A stretch of 64,000 nt of DNA from Takakia lepidozioides (lineage: Eukaryota > Plantae > Bryophyta), in assembly GCA_030704615.1 (NCBI GenBank), contig CM060734.1, positions 38,812,001 to 38,876,000 on the forward strand. Direction: 5' to 3'. Each line of letters opens with the position of its first letter. The first letter of the stretch is position 1. The notes beneath the pieces were generated by a model that was given only the letters and a program-made list of their open reading frames with translations, was not told the DNA's origin and did not search any database. Positions 10,050 to 23,180 of the stretch are shown in pieces. The translations under genes were made by a program, and so were the position numbers.

Positions 10050-11710
10050 GGGAATACACTCCACTTCTTTCTGGGCGCGTGGTGACTCGGCCTTCACGTG
10101 TGATGACGTGGACTGAGCCCCGTGACGTGGCATTTGCGCAAGGTGACGTGGCGTGAGCGCAGTTGCGCTCACGCGCTCACGTGACCAGGCTCACGCCGAG
10201 GCATCCCTGTTGTGCAGGTGGGGCTTGAACCTCAGGCCTTGGAGCTGACGCCACATTAGTAGTGGCCATGGCAGCAAGACGTTGCTCTAGCTGGGCAAGC
10301 CTATCCACCATGCCTTGGTCATGACCTTGACCTTGACCTTATGCTCCTTGGTTTTGGTTACGACCTCCACCACGACCTCTGCCTCCTCTACCTCTCTGGA
10401 CTACATTGCCTCGTCCTCGGCCACCATTGTTCCCTTGGAACTGGTCTGGCCGTAGCTCAGGATGCAAGTCATAACAATGGGTCTTTTCATGCCCATACTT
10501 GCCACAAATGCCCACACTGTAGTTGTGTAGGCTGTGCCTGTGCCTATGCCTGTGCCGGCCCTTTGCCTCTCTCCGGACAATCTCCCTTAACATGGGGTCC
10601 TCCACAATCCCAACATGTCACACCCGACTGTTGTTGGCCTGAGAATGAAAGAAGTGGCCTCTGCAATTGAGATCCTCTCTGTCCTTCCCTGGGCTTCGCT
10701 TGAGCCCCCTTGTTGCCTTGAGCACGTTGGGGTAGTGGTTGTTGTTGGCTAGGAGCCCTACTTCATTGTGTCTCCTTACCAAACCACACCATGACCACTC
10801 GCTCCTCCACCATATTGAGCTCTATCCGCTCTGCCAGCAAAAACACGTTTGTTAAGGTGGGATGGTCCACTTGTATGAGAGTTGCATCCCGTACCCTTCT
10901 CCTCAGCTCCTTGTCCAATATCCCATACCAGAATTGGACTGCATGAGCTTCCGTAACCCCTTGGGTTACATTTATCAATCGCCTCATGCGCGTGTAAGCC
11001 TCCCTCAAACTCTCAGTAGGCTTGCGCTGGAACTCTTGCAAGCTCCGCAATTTCTCCGTCCTTATCCCCTGGTAGTTTCTCCTCAACTCCTCGAAGAACT
11101 CCACAACTGGGTTAAAGGCAGGCACGGATGCTGGTGCTGCAACAGGAGCTTGAGTGGATTTCCCAGCTCCATCTTTACTTGTCCCACTACTAGTACTTTC
11201 AGTTGGGGATGTTGGTGTAGCTGCTGGTATCGCCACTACCCTTCTGCCTCTAGTGATGGAGACATAGTCAGGTGACCAATATTGTCGTCACTCCTCAATC
11301 TCCACCTCATTTCCCCGCCTAAACTCATGGTAGTCATCCATAGGCGGCCCCTCAAGGTGCTGAAACAGCCCTTCCACGCCATAAAGGCGTAAACAGTTGT
11401 GGATTGCGCATCTGCTGCAAATCACACCAACTATCAAAACTCCTGTATGAAATCATCAAGCTCGATGATGCCCACAGCTCCCGAGTACCGACGTGGTCCC
11501 TTGGTAACTCCATACATTTCCTCCATCGTATCCCACAACAATGGCACGGAAATGGCTTGCACCCTCGGCGAGAATCCTCCTAACTCTGAGTCTGAACCTT
11601 CCTCAGAAGACACTGAAGGTGAAGGTGGCCTAAACCGCACACCTCGTCTTGTATACCCGCTAGTATCGCTGGTGCTCGTACCGGCACTCTCCTCAGCAAC
11701 TGATGGCACC
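10050..11710 (-). pseudogene. Retrotransposon gag, disrupted
   Basis: ORF fragments 11434..11709, 10763..11236 and 10339..10605, with capsid-like and CCHC-like motifs separated by stops. Confidence 0.7.
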
Positions 11711-12479
11711 TCCGTGATGAAAACTCACACTCAAACCGGCTATCAACTTGTCTCTAATCCCCCTTTCCATGAGGTAACCGGGTAGAGAACCTGTTGCGGC
11801 TTATGGTTTGGAATACTAGGTTCATATTCTGAACCTGCACCTGCACCTGCATCCACCGCAGGTACTCCTATGGTCTGCTGGTCATCAACCCAACCTCACC
11901 ATAAGAGAAACAATGACGGTCTGCTGGTCATTATCCCAGCCTCACCACCGACAGCACGCTCTAGGATTGGCCGGCCACAATATTTCCGGCACAACCACCT
12001 ATAAAAGCAAGCGCCCAAACCAAACTAGCACGGCGCACAGTCAAGCATGCATGTGTGGGAGGAGGATCCAAACACATGAAACTCAAACAACAACACCTCC
12101 CACAGCTTAAATCAATTGATCTCCTTGCGGCTTCAATAAACCTGCAAGATGGCCAAATCTCTATCCAAACCAGCTCTGCCTCCGCTTACGGAAAAGCTTT
12201 GGCCTACAAGAATGATGGAAGACTATAGAGAAGATAAGCTAAAGCAATCTCTAAGCCCAGAATGGTCTCATCCCATTACTCTCCATATCTTCACACTCAC
12301 TCTTGCTTGAGCAATAAACAAGGCTATCCTTAAATAACCTCTCAAATAACTCTCAAGAGCCCTCAAATTATTGCCATGAACTTCTGAAATTTGCCCTCAA
12401 TCAGCCCCTCACATAGACCCACCGAGGTTCAAGAAGTTCGCAAACTTGGACTCTAAATAGTCCACCAAAAGGCCCTAGG

Positions 12480-13090
12480 CGCCCGCCAATTAGTGGCCTC
12501 CACGGTCTTCAACCCGCCCCCACAATGGCTCCACAAACCTGCCCAATATGGCCTCCAAGAGTCCTCCAAACAGCCCTTAAGAAGCTCCTCAAATCTGCCA
12601 AGTATTGGCCTCCAAGGACCTCCAACAGTCCTCCAACAGCCCTTAAGAAGCTCCTCAAATCTTCCAAGTATTGGCCTCCAAGGACCTCCAACAGCCCTTA
12701 AGAAGCTCATCAAATCTGCCAAGTATTTGCCCCCAAGGACCTCCAATAGTCCCCAAAGAGCTCTTAGAAAACTCCATAAGCCTGCCCCAATATGGGCCTC
12801 CAAGGACCTCCCATCGTCCTCCAACCAGCCCTCACAAGGCTCCACAGGCCTGCCAAACATTGGCCTCAAAGGACCTCAAACAGTCCTTCAAACAACCCCA
12901 AGCAGGCTCCACAAGCCTGCAAGATATTGGCTTCAATAGACCCCAAATAGTCCTCAAGCAGGCCCCAATACCTGTAAAATATTGGCCTCAATAGACCCCA
13001 AACAATCCTCAAGCAGGCCCCCATACCTGTAAGATATTGGACTCAATAGACCCCAAATAGTTCTCAAAGCAGGCCCTATAAGGCTCCAAA
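12480..13090. repeat. Degenerate ~50-60 bp tandem repeats inside the LTR element
   Basis: Recurrent ccttaagaagctcctcaaatctgccaagtattggcctccaaggacctccaacag and caatagaccccaaatagtcctcaagcaggcccc units. Confidence 0.8.
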
Positions 13091-14087
13091 AATATCCATA
13101 GTCAATGCGTTCCCTCGAGTTCCCAAGGAGTTCACACGCGTTCCCAAGCTAGGGTTTGCGCCGCTTTGCCTCTGCGATTGCTACAATGAGCTATGGCTTC
13201 TATGGAGCAACCAGAGGTGCTCTTCTTGGTTTCTTGAGCATCAATAGACCACCAAGAGTGCCTCTAACTCCCTGAGCAGGCTATTTGCCACACAATAAGC
13301 TCTCTTTCTTTATAGAACTTATTGAAACAAGCATAGAATAAGCTATTGAGCTTTCTATGGCATACCCTCTTCTAGCCATCGCATGCACTCATAGTGCTTC
13401 CTTCCATGGCCATAGTGCACCTCTTAGAGCTCCTAATCCAGCCCTGCACTTGCCACTTCCATAGACATGCTATTCCCAAGCTTGGGATTGAAACCCCAAC
13501 TCAAAGCATGCTCTACAAATACACTATTCTGCCCCAAAGAGAAATCAGATGTCTACCTCCACTCATAGCTCTCCTAAGCTTGAAGTTGAAAACTTCCACA
13601 AGCTGAAACCATGCTCCACACATGCACCGCTTGCTTCCTTAACACCCGAGCTCTTCTTGAACTCCTCAAACCCTGCAACACTTGCAGAACAAGAGCTTCT
13701 TCACAAGCTCTCAAACTTTCTATTGGGGCTTTCCTTGAAGACCTCCTCTTGTACATAAACACACAAGGCTTTCTTCTTGCAAACCCTGCAACACCTTGTA
13801 TTAAGAGCTATCTATCAAGCTCTCTTCCACACACAAATGCTAACTATGCTAACACCTTGCACTCATAGATGTAAGCAGGTCTTCTTCTAGTGATACGGAA
13901 ATGGTGAAAAGAAAAGAAACCGCTCTATCACGTTATATAAGTCAAGCCAATGGCACCTTTGCTAAAAGACTCTACCATACAGACCTCACCCACTCTCCAT
14001 CTCAAGGACTAGAGCTATGGCGGCGAGAGAGGCCTCGGGATGCTCGACTAGAAGAAGACGAACCTGCCTACGTCTCACGTGGAGATA

Positions 14088-14540
14088 ACCTCCTCACGTA
14101 CCAAGTGAGGTTCGCCACCTCACTTGGCACATGGAACCAAATGAAGTCCCAATGCCAACAAAATACAAATATAAATGTATAATATCCTAATTAGCTAGAA
14201 ATAACTATTTCTAACTAATCACAAACAAAACCATGACAACCTCTCCACGTCCCAAGTGAGGTTCACCACCTCACTTGGCACATGGAACCAAATGAAGTCC
14301 CAATGCCAACAAAATACAAATATAAATGTATAATGTCCTAATTAGCTAGAAATAACTATTTCTAACTAATCACAAACAAAACCATGACAACCTCTCCACG
14401 TCCCAAGTGAGGTTCGCCACCTCACTTGGCACATGGAACCAAATGAAGTCCCAATGCCAACAAAATACAAATATAAATGTAAAATATCCTAATTAGCTAG
14501 AAATAACTATTTCTAACTAATCACAAACAAAACCATGACA
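14088..14540. repeat. 3 x 151-bp tandem duplication of the LTR terminus
   Basis: Units end in CCATGACA at 14238, 14389 and 14540. Each contains the hairpin CCAAGTGAGGT-n5-ACCTCACTTGG. Confidence 0.95.
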
Positions 14541-15318
14541 AGGTAGTGGTGAGATGATTGACGGATGTTGGTTGAGGGGAGGCGGTAGGGCTTCCTACCA
14601 AACCTCATTTGGATTCACCATAGGGAATGTGTTGTTGTTGCAGGTTACTTGTTTGGCTATGGACTAGAGGTAAGCGAACTTGTATGTTTTGGTGGAGCAT
14701 ATATTTGGGTGAGCACATTGTTTTGTAAGTGTAGGTAGAATGCATGGGATATGGGTTGTCCGTGTAGTATATACATAGTAGATAAGTTGGAGACGACAAT
14801 CTCCCATTAATAAAATGTAGGGTATGGTCAGTTTGCATGCAAACATATAAAATGATTAGGGGCTATATTGTTTGCTAATACCTTTACAACCTTGGGAAAT
14901 TGCACGATGAAGGGGTGGGTTAGTGGATAGTTGTTGTTGCATACTGAGGATGAGTGTAAATGAGTCTGGGCAGTGGGTTGCTATTCTAAATTATATGAAA
15001 AATCACCAGCCATGATCAACACGGATCAACACACAACTCCCATAGTGCATAGATGCACAATATATATAAATCCCAACAAATTTATCAAACATAGACATTC
15101 ACCTCAACTAATAGAGATAAGTACCATACACTCACCATCATATTCGACAAGATAATGCAAAGACCAGCGCATTAAAGACCCAATTAATCTAAAACGAGAG
15201 CCCACGTATATATGATGCACATAGTAATACCTAGGAAAAATCTCTAACAATATATAATGTTGTTTATGGGTCAATTATATATACACCTTCACACACCAGT
15301 CTCCAACCCCAACCCTGC

Positions 15319-17209
15319 GTCCGGATTTAACCCAAAAGTCCAGAATTAATTGGAAATATTGTTTTCTGGAGCCAAAGAAACATGAACAACATCAAGACTA
15401 CACACTCTGTATTTCTAGGTTGTTGCTAAGCCTCCCCTCAATCAGCACTCCAAGTGTCAACTGCATTGTCTCACTTTCTCTCAACACTTCCCTGGTCTGA
15501 AAATCCTCATGAACTTCATTCAATTTCCAAATATCCTTTCTTTCTCACATTACAGGAAAAATGGGGGTTTAGCGATGTCAACCCTGATATCCCTGTAATT
15601 ATTCTATCATACCTTATCCAACAAAAGAAAATATGAAAAGAACATGAAACATTGAGAAGAGGTAACATGGTAGTACAATAAGGTTTGGAGTGTAACTAGG
15701 GTAGTACACTAAAGTTTTTGGTTTATGGTAAGAGTAATGGTTTAGGGGTGATGGTAAAGGTAGGGGTTTTCGGTTTGGGTTTAATGTACAAATGGACAAA
15801 CAATATGGAAGACTCACACTCGCTAGAACTTGGTGTGTGTTAGTAGGATAAAAATAAAATAAAAAAAATGGACCCATTCACTAATCTGCTCACGCTTAAG
15901 GGATTCTGCTCACGTTTACCACTTAAAGCAAGAGCGTGCTCACGTGAGCTGCTCACACGGTAGCTACCCTCTATAGCTACAATAAGTTGGCTTATGACAA
16001 AACACGTAAGAGGATCCATGTATGATGAAATTCTCAACAAATCTCATCCATTGTAAAGGTCATTGCAAAGCTAGAGAGTTAGACTTTAATATGAATAAAA
16101 TAAAAACATTTTGAACAAAACTTCTAAATGTTACATCAGTTTAATCATTAAGAGATGCACATTTTTCTGGTGGTAGTAATTGTCAAAAAGTTAAAACAAT
16201 ACCTATCCTATCAACTGGTGCCCCCATTCATTCACAAGAATGAATGGTACAAAGTCATCCTAATTGTGATATCCACATCCTCACAAAAATGTGGACAAAT
16301 TCCACCTTTATGCTTTTGGAGCCGTGGTATTACCAAGGTACTCTTATACTTATGTGAAAACACATAAGACTTCCAACTAATAGTGCTAGTTCGAATGAAA
16401 AAGCAGCCGTGCTTCCAGTGTTTTTGTTTCATACCAAAGTTGGGATCTCCTCTTGCTCCGCCACAAGCAATTATAAGATAAAGAGTAGGTCAATTATTTC
16501 CAAATGTACTCCAGATTACCTCTCAAAACCAAGTTTTGAGCAGTAATTTGCCCATTTAGAGTTATTTTTTCTATGAGAATGCCCCCATCCACATTGTGAT
16601 TTTATGGCACATACAAGGTGCCATTTCCAAAATTCTGTTGCAGATTTTGATGAGGGTTATTTTGTATTCTTCTATATATACGACTTTGATTCTAAAAAAG
16701 TATGAAGGTATGCAAGATATCTATAATCACGTCCCTATGTGGTAGATACAGATACATCCGTCCATACCACATGTGGCGGTCTATGGTTGTGTATGGTTAT
16801 GGGTCTTTGTCCAGTGATTAGCCAGCTTACCCTATTGCTGCCTTTACTATTAAATTGCTCATCATGGTAAACATTTTCCAGACTTTTGCCTCTGTTATTT
16901 CCGTGATCTTATACAATATTTCCTACCTACTTATTGACATTCATTTGAAGATGGTTCAGGATCCAAAAATCCTTTTTTTGAAGGGGCCCTGCTTAGAGCC
17001 CACCAAAGTGAGGTGGAGATACCTTGGTGTTGGTGGCTCTTTCCAGGTGGCAGAGCTATCCCGACCGACATCTTCAAAAGTTGAGGAAGCGATAAAATAA
17101 GTCATTAATGGCATATAGGGCAATCTATGCCCTAATAAAAGGTCCCCAAAGACTCCTCAGTTTGGAACCCTATTTTAACTAATTCTGGACTTTTGGCTTA
17201 AATCTGGAC
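15319..17209. mobile_element. Putative non-autonomous TIR element (~1.9 kb)
   Basis: GTCCGGATTTAACCCAAAAGTCCAGAATTA at 15319 is an imperfect inverted copy of TAATTCTGGACTTTTGGCTTAAATCTGGAC ending at 17209. No clear TSD. Confidence 0.5.
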
Positions 17210-17899
17210 CAAACTTAATATGTATTTGAATTAAAATTAATTCAAATTTTGTTAATAATATCTTGGATAGTAATGTGTGATTGAACTTTGTGAAATTACA
17301 AGTGATGTCATACTTGCTTCAAAATGTAACATATAAGATGTCCATTTGACATTGAAGTGTTTGTGAAGTTGCAGTGTAACTCAACAATTCATTGAACGTC
17401 GACTGGGAAGTCGAATGATGTAATATTACATTATGTTACAATCACGATAAACAAATGTGTCGAATCGAACATGGGATAGACTCATAGTACTCTACCATAC
17501 TTGATATAAGTTGATAGTAATTTTGATTGAATCTTCATGTTGACAAGCACAATATTCATAGACAATGCCATTGAAATAATGTTTTGGGTGTGAGAAGGGC
17601 AGTAAAATATTAAAATAGCGTGAACATTAGGAAGATGACCTACTAGGGCAGTAAACTAAGGTTTGGGGTGTAACTAGATATATTAAGTGCAATAAGGTCC
17701 AAGTTTGTGGTGACTTGGAGAAGGGTTTAGGGTTTTAAAGGGTTTATGATAGAAAGAGAGAAACAAATATGGACGACTCTAAACCCTGTAGAATGTAAAA
17801 ATGTAAGGGGAATTTGATATCCATGTAATCATTCTATCATACGTTATCTAACTTGAAAATTAAAGAAAACATTAAGAGAATGATACAAATTTTACAAGA

Positions 17900-18830
17900 G
17901 GTAACATGGTAGTACAATAAGGTTTGGAGTTTCTTATAAGTAGGGTACTACACTAAGGTTTTGGTATATGGTAAAAGTAATGGTTTAGGGTGCTAAGGGT
18001 CACGCTTAAGCTTGGGGTAAGGATTATTAAGGGAAGGGTAAGGGTTTAGGGATTTAGGGTAGAAAGGATAAACAAATATGGAAGACTCACACATGGTAGT
18101 ACAATAACTTGGTTTGGAGTGTAAGTAGGGTAGTACACTAACATGGTTTTGGTATATGGTAAGAGTACTAATGGTTTATGGTAGTAAGTGTCAGGCTTAA
18201 GCTTAGGGTAAGAATTAAGGCCAGGGTAAATGAATGGGTAAGGTTTTAGGGTTTGGATTTAGGGTAGTTCAAAGGGACAAACAAATATAGAAGACTCACA
18301 CATGGTAGTACAATAACTTGGTTTGGAGTGTAAGTAGGGTAGTACACAACCTGGTTTTGGTATATGGTAAGAGTACTAATGGTTTATGGTAGTAAGTGTC
18401 AGGCTTAAGCTTAGGGTAAGGAAGGTCAGGGTAAAGGAATGGGTAAGGATTTAGGGTTTGGATTGAGGGTAGTTCAAAGGGACAAACAAATATAGAAGAC
18501 TCACACATGGTAGTACATAACTTGGTTTGGAGTGTAAGTAGGGTAGTACATAACCTGGTTTTTGGTATATGATAAGAGTAATGGCTTAAGGTAGTAAGTG
18601 TCAGGCTTAATCTTAGGGTAAGGATTAAGGCCAGGGTAAGGGTTTAGGGTTTGGATTTATGGGAGTACACAAAGGTTTTTGGTACATGGTAAGAGTAATA
18701 GTTTAGGGTACTAAGTGTCCGGCTTAAGCTATGGAAGGGTTAAGGGAAGGGTAAAACGAAGGGTAAGGATTTAGAGGTGATGGTAAAGGTATAAATGGAC
18801 AAACAAATATAGAAGACTCGCACTCACTAG
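17900..18830. repeat. ~190-210 bp tandem repeat (about 4.5 units) with TTTAGGG-like motifs; a further copy at ~15585-15840
   Basis: Unit marker catggtagtaca at 17905, 18092, 18301 and 18506. Confidence 0.9.
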
Positions 18831-18899
18831 AACAAGACACTCCAAAAAAACATTTAGACTGGATTGGAAAAGAAAGAATCCAGGGGTTGTGCCAGCTTT

Positions 18900-21800
18900 T
18901 TTTTTTTGGTGCATTGTCTGTTTTGTAAGCCAGAATCCCCCATGTCACGAATATATGTAGATGAACAGAATGTACAGCTGTGCAGAGTCCAACACGGCAG
19001 AAAGAAAATAGATGAACGTCCACTGCCCACTCGAGGTTCATTGCGACAGAAAAAGAAGACCAAAGGATCACCCAACGCCTGAGGGGTTACCTTCTTTCTT
19101 CGGTCTCCAACACTCCACCTCCTTCACTTTCTTAAAATTAGGATCTTCCTTTTTTCGGATGACATCTGAAATTGCCATTCCCATCCAGACCGGGCACGTC
19201 GTTGGGTCATGAGGGCGAACGAGCACAAAAAACCCTTTCTCAATATCCTTGAACGGATTCAAGGGTATCATTGGACGCTCACACCTAGGGCCACAGTAAG
19301 GTTCTGGAACTTCATCCTTATCTTCCATATCTTGCAGTATCTGTGGCTGGATACCATCCCTCCGATGGTTTGAGGACCAATTTGTTTTCGGCCAAAATCC
19401 CTCAAGAAGCTAAATATGATCCGGAATGTCTTGCATTGGCTTATCAAGTTCGGCGAGAATATATCCCTAGTATTGGTCATATTGTTCCATCACACCCCGG
19501 TAATGATCGTCAAGCAACATTCATTTGGTCCAAAAATCTTTGTATTTCTTAATACCATTTTTTATGAATGACTGTTTTTCTGAGGAGTCGTCCTCGACTC
19601 CCCATATCGGTCTTCTTGGAACGGCATATGGGTCTCCTTCAAGGAGATATGGAGTCCCATCAGGATTGGACTTCCACATCTTAACGCTGGAGTTTGTAGG
19701 AAGCCACTCCGAATCAGTAGCTGACTTCTTGTAATTCATAACGGGCCAGCCATCCGCATCCTTAAAACATCGAAAGACGTGCATCTCTGAGATCCCCACC
19801 AAAGCCTCCTTTCCATCATGAATACAACCCTTAACAAACTTCTTGAAGTCGAGAACCTCCTGTGTGATTTGAGGAATGAATTGCATATCTTGGGAGATCA
19901 TGAATGACCTCATCAAATCCGGAAGAATGTAGGTGCTGCGTTCCTTTAGTTTCTTCGAGAGATAGCTAAAGAATCCGTCAATATCCTCATGGGTGTGCCC
20001 GACCATGAGAAAACTAAGCTGGATCTCTTCAAAGACATCTTTGGCAGTGAGGAGGGATATGAAAGTAAGCATCCATTTGTTCTTATTGTCCTTGGAGGAG
20101 TTGTCCATCTGCAAATAAAGTCGTCTAGGAAGTGGTCGAGCACCACGTTTATCGTGCGGCCTGCAGGGTTTCAGAGCCTCCAAACATCTCAATTTACCTC
20201 TCATGAGCGTTTCAAAAAAATCATTTTGAACTTCAGTGTCGAAAATGTTCCTGGATTCCCGGCATGTCGGCTTTTCTAGTTGGCGCAGGCACCGAGCCAG
20301 CGACCCAATTGTAAAATTTGAATTGTCTTTCCAGAACTCAAGGGAAAATTGAGTGTAAGCTCCATCTCCGTGTCCGCGCGTAACCATTCCTGTCAATGAG
20401 ACAGGCAACTGACCCAATCCGGAGACCATCTTGTTCGTCGTCTGAAGCCTCGGAATAGCCATTTTCCTATGATCCATCTTATCATGAATAATACATAGGA
20501 ACTCCTCCGGAACCATAACGGACTCATTCCTCCAGCTATGGTATAGCCTTCTGCATGACTCTTGATGCCTCAAGTGCAAATCAAGCGCCCGCTTATGTGC
20601 GACCTGTTCGGAACTCCTCTTAATCGACTTTTTGATCAAGTCCTTGAACATCTCACATTTTGTGCACTTAGCAAAGGTGCTTCCTGTTTTCCGAACCTCC
20701 ACGTTAGGAAATATTCAATTCCGTATATGGCTTATAGCTGGCTGCGAGACTCCTTTCAAACCGAGCAGTCTGTTTGTCTGCACCCCAACTCCCCAACAAT
20801 GTCAACGTCCACTGGGCAGTGGAGGTTCTACAAAGTGGAAGTACAAGAAAGCATGATGGCATCAAAAATCATCCATAGTATTTTGAAAAACAAAAGGGGA
20901 CAACGAATAAAAGTCACCTCGTTGGACTCCTCTCGAATTCTCTTCCAGTTCATTTCGGGTGGCAAAATTCTCAAAGTATCCCGACATCCCTCTCCAATGC
21001 AACGTGTTTTGTGAGGCATAAGGTCAGTATTGGCATTGATAATGGACATAATGTTCCCCTCTGCCTGGAGTGTCCCTGGTCGCGGCCGCTTGACGCCACG
21101 ATTTCCGTGGAAAGATGACAAACAACCCTCTTTACTGAGCTTTTTGTACTCCATGTACGTTGACCTTCCAATTCCGTGTATTATCCACCATGCTTTCTCG
21201 CAAACATCAACACCTTCTATCGTAACATACGACTTGCGCGATGACCCATCCATAATATGAAGTCGTTTTGAAACATTCAATCCAAGTTCTCTCCTCGACG
21301 AACCCTAAAATGCAGTACGAATTGCCAAGGTTTTTCTCCAATCAAAATACTGGCAACACTGAAGCTTGCAGCAAGGTTTGCTGCTCTGAAAAATCCATCC
21401 AATATGGAGGACTAAAAAAAGTGCAAGAAAAATCTTACTTTGGATGAAGTGAGGTCGGATGCCTGTATGCTGCTTTCAATACGCCTGTACTATGGTCGTC
21501 ATTCTCCATGTCACTGCATGATCGTAGGAAATTTTCGAGATCAACGGAGAGTATCCGGCCATTTTCAAGAAGTCTTGTTTTTGTTAACGGCCATTTCACA
21601 ATCGACATCAGTGAAACGGACTCTCCAGAGATTGTTCTGGTGACCAGAACCCCAACATCGTCCTCTCCGAGTTTGTCATTCAGAATGATCTCGTTAGGAA
21701 TGCATGCCTGAATTCGGCCTTCGAACAGGGCGTCCCCAAGAAGAAGACACTGCAAGTTTCTCCAACATTCTCTCCCCAGACCTGCAGGCAGATCCCCCCT

Positions 21801-22300
21801 AGTCTCACCATTGGATGGAATATCATAGCTTTCAGTGCTTTGCCCTTGATAATCATTACCTTCTGTGATGGAATGACATCCTGGGTTTCTCGGGGATGAT
21901 GAATCCACAGTTTCATGCGTGCGAACACATGACACGTCCCACACAACTGGAGTCCCAATCGCCTCCTTCAATGTGTCAGGATCCATGTGTCGATAAGGCA
22001 GAGGACAGGAGCCGAATGCGTCATCACAAAAAATCAGGGTAACTGAATTGGTGGACGAATACAAGTGGTGTCCGTGGCAAGTTCCATCCCCAAAAACATT
22101 CAGGCAATCTCCTGAGGCAACAACTGAAGGAGATCCAGGAAGCGACAGAAACACCCTTTGGCCTACTTGGAACCCCATGAAGTTAGTAACCTCCACTGGG
22201 CAGTGGAGGTCTAGTAAAATCCTATTACTGGACTGAAGATTAACTGAAGGAAAGAAAGTCTTGCCACCGAAAGGAGAAACTTTACGTATAACTTTTTCGA
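18900..22300 (-). pseudogene. Sola-like DDE transposase with an N-terminal Tnp1/En-Spm-associated-like domain; disrupted
   Basis: CIIHDKMD..LYLQMDNSSKDNKNKW..FLMVGHTHEDIDGFFS in 19521..20702. VCEKAWWIIHGIGRSTY in 20828..21280. VASG..CHG..PLPY..TLKEAIGTPVVW in 21435..22379. Introns and nonsense codons are present (e.g. TAG at ~21307). Confidence 0.72.
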
Positions 22301-22439
22301 CGGTTTTGAATGAGAAAACAATATGGATTGAAAAAGTAAAGTCAATGTTTGGATCTACACTGGGATTGTTAAAAAACAATTGGAATTAAATTGGAGTATG
22401 AGGGCGGAGTATAGACTACATCTATCGCTCTGATTACTT

Positions 22440-23180
22440 CATCATAGGAGGTGGGTTGCAACTGATAGAGGGAGTCATGGAGCCTACACCAGGAAATCCA
22501 TATCGATTGCCAAGCTTTGGATCCAACAGCAGGTCTGGCGTTCGTTTTTCCTCCTTGCACAATCCATCTTAGGGATGGAGGCCAACACGGGCTTGTTTTA
22601 GGCACCGCTACCATCAAATGGTGCCTCATCAATTGACTCCAGGGACTGGATAAGTTGGTGAAACCCCTCGGCACCCATTTAGCTAGCAATGCTGTTATCT
22701 GTGACTCTGGATCAAGCACTCCAAGACCACCATGTTTTTTTCCCTAGTAGATCTGAGCCCAACTAACAAGTGCTCTTTTATTAGATGCAACATTCGTGGC
22801 ACCCCAGACAAAATTCCGAGTCAGAGATTTGAGATTCTTGATGAAGGATACCCCCGGTCACCATACAGAGGAGGTGAACAAGAGGAAGCCAGCAGTATTT
22901 GATTGGCCACCAAGGCTCTCCCAACCACCGTAAAGTGAAGTGAACTCCAGTATGCAAATCTTCTTTTCAGCTTAATTAGAACAGCTTCTACCCTGCTGTC
23001 ATCTGAGATGTCAATCCCAATCTGATGTCCCAGAGATTCGTGGGTCTGGCCCTCAGCAAGCCACTTTAACCCCAAGTCATCTCCCCATAGATCACAATAT
23101 TTCAGAATGGCATTTGCTGGCAGCTGGCTGAGAAGGCCGATAGATTTGCCCCAGTATATCTTCAAGCCGGAAGCCATATG
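22440..23180 (-). mobile_element. L1/Tx1-type LINE fragment (post-RT region)
   Basis: SGLKIYWGKS..LG..WSSLHFTVVGRALVANQILLAS, then RNFVWG..VSW..HGGLGVLD..ALLAKW, typical of the L1 ORF2 C-terminal half. Frameshifted. Confidence 0.75.

Larger units (their letters stand above)
10010..14540 (-). mobile_element. Truncated LTR retrotransposon (probably Ty3/Gypsy): LTR/5' region and degraded gag, no pol
   Basis: Retrotransposon-gag-like FFEELRRNYQG..LQEFQRKPTESLREAYTRMRRL (10763..11236) and Zn knuckle CGKYGHEKTHC (10339..10605). Terminus TGTCATGGTT on the minus strand at 14540, homologous to the LTR start at 63446. Confidence 0.75.

Noticed and set aside
12453-12994. ORFs of 107-148 aa on both strands
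   Set aside because: They arise from stop-poor tandem repeats in the LTR element.
10004-14545. Complete LTR element with TSD and PBS
   Set aside because: No second LTR, no pol, non-matching flanks (tatta vs aggta) and no convincing tRNA primer site.
17900-18830. Telomere or interstitial telomeric tract
   Set aside because: The TTTAGGG motifs are scattered within a ~200-bp unit and are not contiguous.
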